Assembly: GCA_003144275.1 (NCBI GenBank)
Contig: NJBF01000001.1
Span: forward strand, 90,001 to 122,000
DNA length: 32,000 nt
Reading direction: 5' to 3'
Origin: Candidatus Heimdallarchaeota archaeon B3_Heim
Lineage (GTDB): Archaea; Asgardarchaeota; Heimdallarchaeia; Hodarchaeales; Hodarchaeaceae
This document shows, one piece after another, positions 17,084 to 26,954 of the stretch (position 1 is its first letter; each line of letters starts with the position of its first letter). Made by a program: the position numbers and the translations under genes. The notes under the pieces are model-generated. The model searched no databases. It was given only the letters and a program-made list of their open reading frames with translations, and was not told the DNA's origin.

Positions 17084-17845
17084 ATGGAAAGTCCGAGATC
17101 TGCAGAAGAAATTCGAAAAATTGAACTAAATCTGGAAGAATTGGTTACAAAATTCCAAAGCAGAGTTCAATTAATACGAGACGATTTAAAATCTCTAATA
17201 AATGAGCTCGAGTTATTAAGGACACATATTGGAGACTTAAGAAGGACGTCGAATGAACATACTAGAGAAATTTCCGATTTAACAAACGATCAGCAGGCTT
17301 TATTAAACGAAGTGGCAGAGATCGAAAAAGAGATTTCTGTACATGAATCGAACCTGAATTCACATAATGAAAAACTCTCTCAGTATCAATCCCGATTAAC
17401 GACTGATAAAAATCTCCTTACAGGATTGGAATCTGAAAAATCATCATTATCAACAATATTAAAAACTGATAAACAAGAACTTCTTACTTTAAAGGATAAC
17501 TATGACGAATTACAGCCAAAATTTGAATCTAAAATCCAAATAATTCAAGAAAAGTGTGAGCGTTTAAAAAATGACAAGGATATGCTTACATACAAATTTA
17601 AGGCAATACGAATATTGAGTCAGTCTTATTTACAAACTCCAGAGGTAAATTTGATAAGATTCTTAGCAAATAAGCCAAATCCCCAATCAACAGTGGTTGA
17701 AATTCGATCTGCTCTTGGAATTGACCCTGAATCTTTGAAAACTATCTTGAAAAAACTCGCTGAACGAAATGTTCTTGAATTTGATTCAGCTGTTGACACC
17801 ATTGAAGTGAGCGCAAAGATAGATTTATTCGAGAAGGAGGTATAA
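17084..17845 (+). CDS. Long coiled-coil protein with C-terminal winged-helix domain (paralog 1)
   Basis: Heptad-rich E/K/L/Q segment, then PEVNLIRFLA...STV.EI...LGID...L..IL..L.ERNVL. ATG 17084 with GAGGA SD is preferred over 16985. Confidence 0.75.
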   Translation: MESPRSAEEIRKIELNLEELVTKFQSRVQLIRDDLKSLINELELLRTHIGDLRRTSNEHTREISDLTNDQQALLNEVAEIEKEISVHESNLNSHNEKLSQYQSRLTTDKNLLTGLESEKSSLSTILKTDKQELLTLKDNYDELQPKFESKIQIIQEKCERLKNDKDMLTYKFKAIRILSQSYLQTPEVNLIRFLANKPNPQSTVVEIRSALGIDPESLKTILKKLAERNVLEFDSAVDTIEVSAKIDLFEKEV

Positions 17846-17848
17846 TTA

Positions 17849-18583
17849 ATGGACACAGATACAATCCGTGAGAAATATATCCGCAGCGAAGAGGCTCTAA
17901 ATCGATTGAGAGATGATATTTCCCAGCTTATTTTCACCCGTCTACAAGATCTAAAAAGCACACAGGAATACCTTGAAACTTTGATAAAGGAAAAAGAAGC
18001 TGTTGATGCTGACATAACTGCACAAGAAGCTAAAATGGCCTCACTCAAAGATGATATTGAGAGTAAGAAGAGTTTAGTTAAGAACTTGAAGCAAAAACAG
18101 GCGCAGGTCATTGAAGAAGAACAAAACAGAGAAATACGAACTCGTGAAATAGATAGAGAATTACAGACTGTTCAGGTGAATTCGGAAACAATCAAGAAAG
18201 AGATTGAGAATGCAAAATTGGATGTAGATAATACTAAAATTTCCATTTCTGATTATGGATTAAAAATGCAAAATCTAGAATCAAAATTGACACAAGAAAT
18301 TGAACAAAAGAAACAGGAAAATACCCTCCTAACTCAGGAAATAAGACAAATTCAAGATGAGAACGGAATTCTCTCATTTCTTTTAGAAGAATCAGCGGAA
18401 GATATTCCCGAGGTAGAAATACTAGCCGAATTAATGAGGAAAGGTAGAATTACAATGGATCAACTCAAAAAGTCATTAGAGGGACGAACTTCTCCAGTTA
18501 TTATAACTAGAACTATAGGACGTATGATGGAAAAGGGATTAATTACTTTCCATGAAACAAATGATACTTATAGCGCTGCATAA
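17849..18583 (+). CDS. Long coiled-coil protein with C-terminal winged-helix domain (paralog 2)
   Basis: GGAGGT SD; coiled coil, then PEVEILAEL...GRITMDQL.......IITRTIGRMMEKGLI. Confidence 0.8.
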   Translation: MDTDTIREKYIRSEEALNRLRDDISQLIFTRLQDLKSTQEYLETLIKEKEAVDADITAQEAKMASLKDDIESKKSLVKNLKQKQAQVIEEEQNREIRTREIDRELQTVQVNSETIKKEIENAKLDVDNTKISISDYGLKMQNLESKLTQEIEQKKQENTLLTQEIRQIQDENGILSFLLEESAEDIPEVEILAELMRKGRITMDQLKKSLEGRTSPVIITRTIGRMMEKGLITFHETNDTYSAA

Positions 18584-18667
18584 ATGGAAAATTAAAAAAA
18601 ACTAATGTCAAGAAATCTGGCAGGTATATCCTTTATAATCTTGCAGATCTATTAACTTAGTCTTAAG

Positions 18668-19711
18668 GTGAAAAGGAGTTTTGATCAAGAATTGTGGGAT
18701 TTTCAGAGGGAATTAAAATCAGGAAAACTTCAGTGTACAGCATGTCCACGTCTATGCCAGCTCATAGATAATGAAGTGGGTTGGTGTGGAGCTCGAGTGC
18801 GCAGAGGGATAAAAGTTGAACCCCGAACTTATGGACTAATACATGGAAGATTAGCTGAAGATCCTATAGAAAAAAAACCGCTCTACCATTTTTACCCTGG
18901 GAAAAAAATCCTTTCATTCGGGTCTTACGGATGTAATCTTGGCTGTCTACATTGTCAAAATTGGCACATTTCAATGCAAAAAGAGAAGAGTGATATATCT
19001 AAACTTATTAAAATTTCTCCAGAAGAAATTGTGAATGAATGTTTAGCCAGAAAAATGACATTAATTGCTTCAACCTATAACGAACCAATGATTGCTTTTG
19101 AATACGTGCGAGATATTGCCAATCTAGCCCATGATCACAACATAAAAATGGTAGTTGTTGATAATGGATACATAACAAGAAAATTGGCTGAAGCTCTTGC
19201 ATCACATATTGATGCTGCCAACATCGATATTAAGGGATTTTCTTCAGAATTTTACAAAGAAATATGTGGCTCACCTTCCTGGAAACCTGTTTTGAGGACA
19301 TGTGAAATATTCTACAAGCATGGAGTCCATCTAGAACTTACTAATCTTGTAATACCTACAAAGAATGATTCCGATTCCATGATACGTGAGATGTGTGAAT
19401 GGATTTCTGAAAACCTTAGTCCATTGATCCCTCTCCATTTCTCCGCTTTTCGACCTGACTATAAATTAAATTCCTTGCCACATACACCGATAAAAACTTT
19501 AGAGAAGGCTATTCGAATTGCTAACGATGTTGGTTTGAAATATGTTTACATCGGGAATGTTTCAGGACATAAAGGCAATCATACATACTGTCATAATTGC
19601 GAAAAACTAATTATTAAACGGGAGAGGTATAATACAAGTGTTATCAATCTGAGGGGAGCTAGTTGTTCCTCTTGTGGAACCAAACTCCCTATAATTGTTG
19701 CCAACGAGTAA
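18668..19711 (+). CDS. amrS: AmmeMemoRadiSam system radical SAM enzyme
   Basis: N-terminal C..CP..C...G.CG.R, DPIEKKPLYHF, GCNLGCLHCQN (CxxxCxxC), TYNEP, C-terminal C..C...C..CG. Confidence 0.93.
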   Translation: MKRSFDQELWDFQRELKSGKLQCTACPRLCQLIDNEVGWCGARVRRGIKVEPRTYGLIHGRLAEDPIEKKPLYHFYPGKKILSFGSYGCNLGCLHCQNWHISMQKEKSDISKLIKISPEEIVNECLARKMTLIASTYNEPMIAFEYVRDIANLAHDHNIKMVVVDNGYITRKLAEALASHIDAANIDIKGFSSEFYKEICGSPSWKPVLRTCEIFYKHGVHLELTNLVIPTKNDSDSMIREMCEWISENLSPLIPLHFSAFRPDYKLNSLPHTPIKTLEKAIRIANDVGLKYVYIGNVSGHKGNHTYCHNCEKLIIKRERYNTSVINLRGASCSSCGTKLPIIVANE

Positions 19712-19715
19712 AATA

Positions 19716-20177
19716 TCATCCGACAGGCTTAATTTTATAGGGTATTTGTTCAATTTGATCTTCTAGAAGTGTAAACGCAATTAGTTTATTTGGATAGGCT
19801 CCAATAAACCATATATAGGGGAAAGGCCATAATTTCATAAAAGATTTATCTTTCTTTGAAGGGAAAAGATGAGCCTTAGCTGGATGAGAGTGAAAAAATC
19901 CAAGGAGAATTTTCTCTTGCTTCTGGAATATATCGATATATTTTACTAAAATTCCGTAATCAATGGAAAAACTATTTGGAGAGGAATCTAAGTTTTCCAT
20001 TTCAAAAAAATGATCAACTCTTATCTTTTTTCTTGTTATTATTCCAAATAAAGCTCCCACCTGCTCAATTAAACTCTTTACTTTAAGAAGATTAGTAATT
20101 GCGCTATTTACCTCGTTCATGATTTCTAATTCAGGTACTAGCATCGTTAATTCATTTTTACTCTTCAAGAATATCAT
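19716..20177 (-). CDS. JAB/MPN (JAMM) metalloprotease-domain protein
   Basis: EQVGALFG and GFFHSHP...PSKKD JAMM-like motif; overlaps the end of the upstream beta-CASP gene. Confidence 0.82.
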   Translation of the reverse strand: MIFLKSKNELTMLVPELEIMNEVNSAITNLLKVKSLIEQVGALFGIITRKKIRVDHFFEMENLDSSPNSFSIDYGILVKYIDIFQKQEKILLGFFHSHPAKAHLFPSKKDKSFMKLWPFPYIWFIGAYPNKLIAFTLLEDQIEQIPYKIKPVG

Positions 20178-21531
20178 GTGCTGTTAATATCTTAGCTTTA
20201 AATCCAATCCTTCTCAATTCCTCTGCATATCGTTTTTGTGCATTAGGTTCTCCATGAATTGCATAGATTTTTTGTGGTGTAGAATATTGAACCATTTGGA
20301 CTAGCCCTTCTAATGATGAATGCCCTGAAAATTGAAATTGTTTAATTTCAAGGTCTAACGAAACATCAAACACCTGGCCAAAACCGTTATCTAGTTTAAC
20401 GTTTTTCTCACCGTTTGCAATATCTGATCCCATAGTTCCCTCAACTTGATATCCTACGATATATAATCCATTACGTAGGTTGCCTCCACCCATTCGTAGA
20501 TAATCATAGACTGGTCCGCCTTCCATCATACCTGATGTTGTTAAAATTATACTTTGCTGGTCTCTGGTAATCAGGAGCTCCCGCTTCTTTGATCGTTTTG
20601 TTTTCATAGCTACATCATCTAATACTCGAATTCCCTCATGATCAAAAGGAGTTCTATATCCTTTATCCTTGAGCTCAATCAGAATGCGAGGAGAGACCCA
20701 TTTATCATTCATATACCGCTCATAGATGGCATTCATATCAAGTATCATACCATCAATATAAAGGGGAAATTTGTGAAGGAATGAATCGAAATCGCTTGCC
20801 AAATACGCTTGAATCTCTTGTGATCGACCGAGAGCAAAAGAGGGAATTATCGCTTTTCCGCCTCTTGAATAACAATTTAGTAAAGATTCCGTTAGATTTG
20901 ATGTGACCGTTTTTCGTCCTTCGATCCGTCTATTTGCATTTGTGGTCTCTGTTATTAATATGTCAATAGGGTCATCAGGATCTGGAAATTGGATTGGATC
21001 ATGGTAGGGAGTTTTCGCATCATTAAAATCTCCCGTATATAATATTCGGGTTCCTTCCCAATCAAGGAGAATATATGCACTCCCTAGTATATGGCTAGCA
21101 TCCAGAAATTCAGCAGTTATCCCACTCGCAATCTTGAATTTTTTACGATAATTATGAGTTTCAATTTTCATCATTGCAGTCTGTAGATGAGAGATACCAT
21201 AATGATGGGGTCCTTCAATTTTCAAATGATCTTTCCAAAGGATCTGAACAATATCCTTTGTTGGCGTTGTCATATGAATAGACCCACGAAATCCAGCTCG
21301 ATAAAGTGCTGGTGTATATCCAGAATGGTCAATATGAGCATGAGAAATAAGAATTGCATTCGTTTCATCAGCAAATCTGTCAACATCAGGAGCTGTGGAA
21401 ACACGGCCTGTTCTTCGGGGGTGTAGTTGAATCCCTGCATCAAACACCACTCTTCGATGATCGCTATCTGAGATCATCACACAAGATTTTCCCACGGAGT
21501 CAGAAGCGCCGAGTACACTAATTTCTAACAT
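20158..21531 (-). CDS. beta-CASP metallo-beta-lactamase ribonuclease, aCPSF-type without KH domains
   Basis: GKSC, FDAG, HAHIDH, ASHILGS, YTGDF, ETT, P.FALGRSQE, SGMMEGG, GYQVEGT, FSGH, HGE. Confidence 0.92.
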   Translation of the reverse strand: MLEISVLGASDSVGKSCVMISDSDHRRVVFDAGIQLHPRRTGRVSTAPDVDRFADETNAILISHAHIDHSGYTPALYRAGFRGSIHMTTPTKDIVQILWKDHLKIEGPHHYGISHLQTAMMKIETHNYRKKFKIASGITAEFLDASHILGSAYILLDWEGTRILYTGDFNDAKTPYHDPIQFPDPDDPIDILITETTNANRRIEGRKTVTSNLTESLLNCYSRGGKAIIPSFALGRSQEIQAYLASDFDSFLHKFPLYIDGMILDMNAIYERYMNDKWVSPRILIELKDKGYRTPFDHEGIRVLDDVAMKTKRSKKRELLITRDQQSIILTTSGMMEGGPVYDYLRMGGGNLRNGLYIVGYQVEGTMGSDIANGEKNVKLDNGFGQVFDVSLDLEIKQFQFSGHSSLEGLVQMVQYSTPQKIYAIHGEPNAQKRYAEELRRIGFKAKILTAHDILEE

Positions 21532-21709
21532 CTTACATCAAGTTATTTAATATTTGTTTTCTGATTTTTAGTTATTTTCTGTCCTACTGACAGTTGAGCA
21601 CATTGTATTGCGAAAACTACTCATTATAGCAATGATTGAGCAGTACTAAAAGAACTATTCCGTGACGTAAAACACTTTAAGATAGAGAATATACTTCATT
21701 ATTTGAATT

Positions 21710-22426
21710 ATGATGATATCAGACCTTCAGGAGATTTCAATTTCTGCAATTCTATTAGGAGTAATTATACTCTTTTTAGGTTCCTTCCTTGATATTCCAG
21801 ATCTTTACAACATAGGATTCATCATTTTGGCGTTAGGATTTATTTTAATCATCATTCAATGGATCGCGAGTGGAGGTGTAGTTGAAATTTTAAATTGGCT
21901 TCCTATTATTCTCATATTTACCATTGTTACTTCTTTAAGTAGTGATTTTGTTTCTCAATCAAGTACGACACAAATTTTAACTTGGCCATCCGTTGTAATC
22001 GTTTTATTTGTTATAGTTTTCTTTGTCCTCTTCCAAGGTGGAGATCTATCTTTTTTAATGCAATTTTTACCTGTTATTATTGGCTTTAGCCTTCTTGGCC
22101 TTGTTTTCGGTCAATTATTGTGGGAAGATGCTTTTAGAGGTTTGGCATACAGTGTCGGATTCTTAGGAATTGCTATCTTGCTATTATGGCTTAACGTGAG
22201 AAAATCGCTACAAAAACCCCCAGTAACAGGTGAATTATCAACAATTGTTGGAGAAAACGGTGTAGCTATAACTAACATCTCTCAGCAACATGGAGGAAAA
22301 GTAAAAGTTGGAACAGCCATCTGGAGGGCAACAAGTGACTCTTACATTCAGGAAGGAGAAATCATTCGTGTAATAGGGACTGGAGTAAAAAATCTAGTTC
22401 TAGAGGTTCAAGCCAACAAACCTTAG
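21710..22426 (+). CDS. NfeD-family membrane protein (multiple TM helices plus C-terminal OB-fold)
   Basis: Several hydrophobic helices, then TG..TIVGE.GVA......GKVKVG..IWRA....I..GE.IRV.G.....L.V. Confidence 0.82.
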   Translation: MMISDLQEISISAILLGVIILFLGSFLDIPDLYNIGFIILALGFILIIIQWIASGGVVEILNWLPIILIFTIVTSLSSDFVSQSSTTQILTWPSVVIVLFVIVFFVLFQGGDLSFLMQFLPVIIGFSLLGLVFGQLLWEDAFRGLAYSVGFLGIAILLLWLNVRKSLQKPPVTGELSTIVGENGVAITNISQQHGGKVKVGTAIWRATSDSYIQEGEIIRVIGTGVKNLVLEVQANKP

Positions 22427-22565
22427 GATTCATCTCTTTTCACTACAACATTGGAAAATTTTTTTGAAATAAAGGGAGTACCCTTTTGATGACTCGTAAT
22501 TTTCCATATACTTTTAGGGTAGGCATTTTTATATTCCTAAAATGTTGTCATGGTAAAAAAACATT

Positions 22566-22642
22566 GGGCCGGTGGTCTAGCCCGGTATGACGCTAGTCTC
22601 ACACACTAGAAGTCGGTAGTTCAAATCTGCCTCGGCCCACCA
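22566..22642 (+). tRNA. tRNA-Val(CAC), CCA encoded, no intron
   Basis: GGGCCGG/TCGGCCC acceptor, anticodon arm CTAGT-CTCACAC-ACTAG, T arm GGTAG-TTCAAAT-CTGCC, discriminator A followed by CCA. Confidence 0.96.
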
Positions 22643-22677
22643 ATTTTATCATTACAATCCTCATAAGAAACATAGGG

Positions 22678-22698
22678 AATTGAGCGAACTACTCAATT
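22678..22698. terminator. Possible hairpin downstream of tRNA-Val
   Basis: AATTGAG-CGAACTA-CTCAATT, a 7-bp stem 35 nt after the tRNA. Confidence 0.3.
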
Positions 22699-22779
22699 TC
22701 GTAACTAATTACCTTACATCCCAAAGTATTTTTGTATTAGGTACCTAAATTCTTTTTATTTAATTCAGCAAGTCTATGA

Positions 22780-23898
22780 ATGATGAATATTCACAGTAAA
22801 TCCAGACTTCCGATTTCGGATTGGGGCCTTATTATCATTTTCGTTATGATTTATCCGTTAGCTGTCGGTGTAACTTTAGTTTATTTCTTCTATAGCTATA
22901 ATGATAGGACTATCCAATTACTCTTTTTGAACATCATAATGCTCATATTTCTGGCCGTTTTTCTCTATTTGTATCGATCAGCATTCCATAGACTTGACAT
23001 ATATGCTAAAAAAGTCGATTTCTATCATTTTACTCCCTCTCTGGCCGATTTTTTTATTCATTTGATTAAACAAGTTTATTATGTGCTTTTTCTTGGATTT
23101 TTGCTTAGTATCATCATTGAATTCTTGGTTTCTGATTCTAATATTGATTTAACAGTGTATTTGGGATTCTCTATTGGCACTTCTCTTATTTTAGAGGGAT
23201 TTTTCCTAGTTATTCGCATGCGAAGTAAAATCTCTCTAATAAATACAGCTCAAGAATCTGTAAAAGATGATATCATAAAAGACATAAACCTAAATCATCC
23301 AGAAAGTGAGAAAATTAGTGAATATCGATTTGCTGATATTCAAGTACCATCCTTATTCCTTTCTGCGGGAGTAACAACCTTTGGCATAAACAATTACATT
23401 TGTTTAGTTTCTAGATATTTTAATTGGAAATTAAATGACAAAGAATTAATCGCAGTCTTATTACATGAAGTTGGCCACGTCAAGAACAATCACATAAGGA
23501 AATCATATATGATCCTTGGAACAGAAGTAATCTTACGCTCGATTAGGATCTTTATTGTAATACTCGCGCTTCTAATTTTTTCTCAACAACACGAAAATTT
23601 TGACATAGATCTCTACTCATTACTTTATCTAAGCTTGATTCTTAGTGTATTCCTTACATCCGCGTTTTTAACATTTTTTCGGAAATATCGGATATACTTA
23701 GCTGAAATCTGGGCTGATGAGTATTCAGCAGATAAGGTGGGTGCACTGGAACTAGCAAGTATCTTACGGAAACTTCCAGAACTTATTCCTTCCCCTTTAG
23801 TCTATGATCAATCCTCTTTTCTAGGATTCAGAGTAAATTTATTGAGGAATTCGGCAAAGGATCTTCGAAATGTGAATAACAAAAAAATCAATCAATGA
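22780..23898 (+). CDS. M48-family (HtpX/Ste24-like) membrane zinc metalloprotease
   Basis: Multiple TM helices, EL.AVLLHEVGH (HExxH), downstream E..AD.YS. Confidence 0.85.
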   Translation: MMNIHSKSRLPISDWGLIIIFVMIYPLAVGVTLVYFFYSYNDRTIQLLFLNIIMLIFLAVFLYLYRSAFHRLDIYAKKVDFYHFTPSLADFFIHLIKQVYYVLFLGFLLSIIIEFLVSDSNIDLTVYLGFSIGTSLILEGFFLVIRMRSKISLINTAQESVKDDIIKDINLNHPESEKISEYRFADIQVPSLFLSAGVTTFGINNYICLVSRYFNWKLNDKELIAVLLHEVGHVKNNHIRKSYMILGTEVILRSIRIFIVILALLIFSQQHENFDIDLYSLLYLSLILSVFLTSAFLTFFRKYRIYLAEIWADEYSADKVGALELASILRKLPELIPSPLVYDQSSFLGFRVNLLRNSAKDLRNVNNKKINQ

Positions 23899-24637
23899 TA
23901 TTGATTTCTACTTCATCTATTCCCATGGATGATAAAAGGGAAGATAGAAATTCTTCAAAGAAACATCCGCCTTTTTCAATCTTACAGAAATAGCATTCGT
24001 TGCAATATAGAAAGTACTTGAGATCTTCACGCTTCACATGTTCGCCGTCTAATTGCATGATAAGTTGATCTATTCTAGCTAAAACGAAGTTCTGGCCTTT
24101 GGATAATGCCTGTTTAAAGGATTCATGATGCTTCTCGAGCAAACGATTCCCAATTTTTCGTCCTAATGTATCCAACCCTTCCTGTAAGTATTCTTCTTCT
24201 GTGAGCAATCCATCTTCGAGTAAAAAAAGGAGAAGAGTTATTTTCTTTCCAAGAGGTAGGAGTATCTCATCTGCGTCTTCAGCAAAACTATCAAAGGTAG
24301 CGAGGTCTACAACCTCACGCTGCCACATTACCTCGGGAAATTTAGTGAAAAAACGTTCTAGAAGATGATCAATTTCTTTTTCACACCATTGGGGATTTAT
24401 TGTTGATTCAATAAAAATAACAAAGAGTAAAGGTTGTTCCCGTTTTTTAAAGAAAAGAGAAACTTTGGACATTTGTAATATATCTATAGCGTCATTCTCC
24501 ACTGCAGTAGCGTAATTATATAATGCGCTAATAAGCCCAGATCGAAGGATAATGTCTGTTGAATTTCCGGTCTGATATTTCCTATGAAACAAAACCGTTC
24601 CTGATTCGTGAATACAGAGAAATTCCCTGATTATCAT
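23888..24637 (-). CDS. Longin-like N-terminal domain fused to a V4R/Bet3-like C-terminal domain
   Basis: FLCIHESGTVLF...SGLISALYNYA...IDIL...LLFVIFI...F...F longin pattern; C-terminal LGRKIGNRLLE and CNECYFC...CFFE..L..LL. Confidence 0.7.
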   Translation of the reverse strand: MIIREFLCIHESGTVLFHRKYQTGNSTDIILRSGLISALYNYATAVENDAIDILQMSKVSLFFKKREQPLLFVIFIESTINPQWCEKEIDHLLERFFTKFPEVMWQREVVDLATFDSFAEDADEILLPLGKKITLLLFLLEDGLLTEEEYLQEGLDTLGRKIGNRLLEKHHESFKQALSKGQNFVLARIDQLIMQLDGEHVKREDLKYFLYCNECYFCKIEKGGCFFEEFLSSLLSSMGIDEVEINIID

Positions 24638-24686
24638 TTTTCATTCCTCATTTAGCAGAGAATTACTCTTATGTCAAATTAAATCT

Positions 24687-26882
24687 TTAAGAATCAAACA
24701 CTTCTAAAATATAAGAATATATTTCCTTTTCAGTGCCTTTCGAAATTTTTTGTAACCGTTGTACAATTAATTCTGGAGTCGATCTTGCATATGTATAATA
24801 TTTGGGTGTTCTATCAACAATTAGTTCCAAGTTCTCTGAAAGGCCCTTTGCCTCAATTCCATCAATTCGTAACCCTTCTTTACAATATTTACTGATTTCT
24901 TGAGCTAAGTGAGTAACAAAAATACCCACAGAATCGGGAGATCGTCCTAACAAATCTAAAAATGCTGCAATAACCCGTGCAGACGCTCCAGGTTCAGAAA
25001 TACTTTCCATTTCATCAGCTAAGACTAGTCTAGAGTTTGGGCTCATGATCATTTGTGAAAGAGTTCTAAGAGTTGATTCAAACGCACCAGCATTCATATG
25101 TCCAGCTGATTTTCGGTAGTAATGTAATTCTTTAAATCCGCCAATTTTTGCCTCATAACATGGAACTGGAAGACCCATTTGGCTAAGTATGATAATGACT
25201 GCAAGGGCTACTAGTAAGGTTGTCTTCCCACCACTGTTTGCTCCTGATAATAGGACAATACGTTCTCCATTAACTCCATTGGCAATTTTTCCAAGTTCTC
25301 CCAAGGCATAGGAGACTGATTCCACTTTCAACTGTCCTTTCAGTTCTTGTTGCGCTAAGAATAGATTTCTACCTTCTTTAACGTATAAACCTGTTCCTTT
25401 CCCTTCAACAAATTCTGGTAAAGCTAAATTATAGGAACCAGCAAATTTACCAATCATTAAGAGATAATCTAATTCCAGCATACAATGAAGTCCTTTCATT
25501 GCTACGTCTTCATATCCCTTTAGTTTCTGAGCTAAATCAACTTTTAACTCAAATGCTTTACTTGAGCGCTTTTTACGTAAATATTCTGTGAATCGATTTT
25601 TAATCTCATCTTGAGGGTCGATAGGGAATTTTAACTCACGAGGAAAGATACCATTTAAGTAATCAGTATCTTCGTCCAATAAATAGAGTTTAGAGGATAG
25701 TTCATTCTCAGCCTTATTTATAATTTCTTCTACAGCCAAGTATAATTCATCATCCAGATATTCACGTAAATCCTTACGACTGGAGTTTGCTGAATATCCT
25801 TGCCCTTCAGCAGAGAATCCTTTTAGCAAAGCGAGGACTTTTTCACCTTCCAAATGAATAGTTGTATCTTGTAGCATCTTTTCTAATTCATCATTCAATT
25901 TCAAAAGGACTTCTTCTAAGACCATTTCAAATGATGTCTCTGCGTTTAAAAGGCGTGAAAATTCCTTGTTGAGGCTAGAACTTGGTTCACCTGTTTCTTC
26001 TAAATTTTTTAACTCCTCACCCATTTCAACCAGCATATTGAGATTTAATTCTCCAATATAATTAGCTAACTTATCTGAGGGGAGCTTTTGAAGGAGCGAT
26101 GCAAGTTTTGCAATTGTTACCAGAGTATTTTTGTTCTGGGCAAAAAAAGTCAATGTTTTTTCTGGAAGTATTCTATTAATTTCATGACGTTGAGATTCAG
26201 AGACAGAAATTATGTTTGGGAGCTCATCATCTAATGCATAATCATTACCAATCCAAATTACTTCATCCGATCCAGCCAGAGTGTCATTAATCTTTTCATA
26301 ATCTTCTATGAATAATATATCACAATAATTTCCTATTATATTTGAGAGAAGTTCGTTGTAGATGCTTTTATCAGTAGTAGCAACAGCACGCGATGCAGTA
26401 TCAATAGAATCGGAGTGTTCCTTTAATGGAGTTAAATGTCTTAACAGTGTATCATATTCAGTAAGCGAATTTGCGGATTTTTCAATTATTGTGTATAGTT
26501 CTAACCCAAGTCGAGTGATTTGTTGTCGATCAATGATTTTTGCTAATGCTGTAATGGGGAGGGGAAAGTATAAGTAAAGTTTTGATCGAGAATAGAAGGT
26601 ATTACCAAATTTTGAAATTAAATCTATTATACGATTATATATCAAAATAGTATCTTCAGTTTTTAGAAAATCCTGAATCTGTTCCCCAGTTTCTTGGTAA
26701 TGTAGATTTCGACAAAGGCTGAGGGCAAATCGTTCACCTATTCCATCAATAGAGGAGATCTCGGCAATTCGTGACCATCTTAGCGCGTTAAGAACAAGAT
26801 CTTCGCTTCCAAAGTACGAAACGAGTTTCTTTTCACTGGAAGGGCCAATTCCCCTAATATCACGAAGTTTTATCGCGTTCAA
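24687..26882 (-). CDS. MutS-family ATPase with N-terminal helix-hairpin-helix motifs (archaeal MutS5-like)
   Basis: HhH motifs IRGIGP and IDGIGE; LSGANSGGKTTLL, Q.GLPVP, GAFESTL, LADEME, VTH; no mismatch-binding domain seen. Confidence 0.85.
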   Translation of the reverse strand: MNAIKLRDIRGIGPSSEKKLVSYFGSEDLVLNALRWSRIAEISSIDGIGERFALSLCRNLHYQETGEQIQDFLKTEDTILIYNRIIDLISKFGNTFYSRSKLYLYFPLPITALAKIIDRQQITRLGLELYTIIEKSANSLTEYDTLLRHLTPLKEHSDSIDTASRAVATTDKSIYNELLSNIIGNYCDILFIEDYEKINDTLAGSDEVIWIGNDYALDDELPNIISVSESQRHEINRILPEKTLTFFAQNKNTLVTIAKLASLLQKLPSDKLANYIGELNLNMLVEMGEELKNLEETGEPSSSLNKEFSRLLNAETSFEMVLEEVLLKLNDELEKMLQDTTIHLEGEKVLALLKGFSAEGQGYSANSSRKDLREYLDDELYLAVEEIINKAENELSSKLYLLDEDTDYLNGIFPRELKFPIDPQDEIKNRFTEYLRKKRSSKAFELKVDLAQKLKGYEDVAMKGLHCMLELDYLLMIGKFAGSYNLALPEFVEGKGTGLYVKEGRNLFLAQQELKGQLKVESVSYALGELGKIANGVNGERIVLLSGANSGGKTTLLVALAVIIILSQMGLPVPCYEAKIGGFKELHYYRKSAGHMNAGAFESTLRTLSQMIMSPNSRLVLADEMESISEPGASARVIAAFLDLLGRSPDSVGIFVTHLAQEISKYCKEGLRIDGIEAKGLSENLELIVDRTPKYYTYARSTPELIVQRLQKISKGTEKEIYSYILEVFDS

Positions 26883-26954
26883 AACTAGTACCTCTCTTTT
26901 CGTGTCATAAAGGTTGAGGAAATATCAAGTTTATATTATTAGTACGGTTTTTTC

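Noticed and set aside
17084-18583. Calling the coiled-coil pair Hop2-Mnd1, SMC or CdvA
   Set aside because: The winged helix is C-terminal (N-terminal in Hop2/Mnd1); no Walker motifs or hinge; no PRC barrel.
22566-22642. tRNA-Val or tRNA-Thr as an integration site of a provirus or island
   Set aside because: No duplicated tRNA 3' end and no integrase seen in the window.
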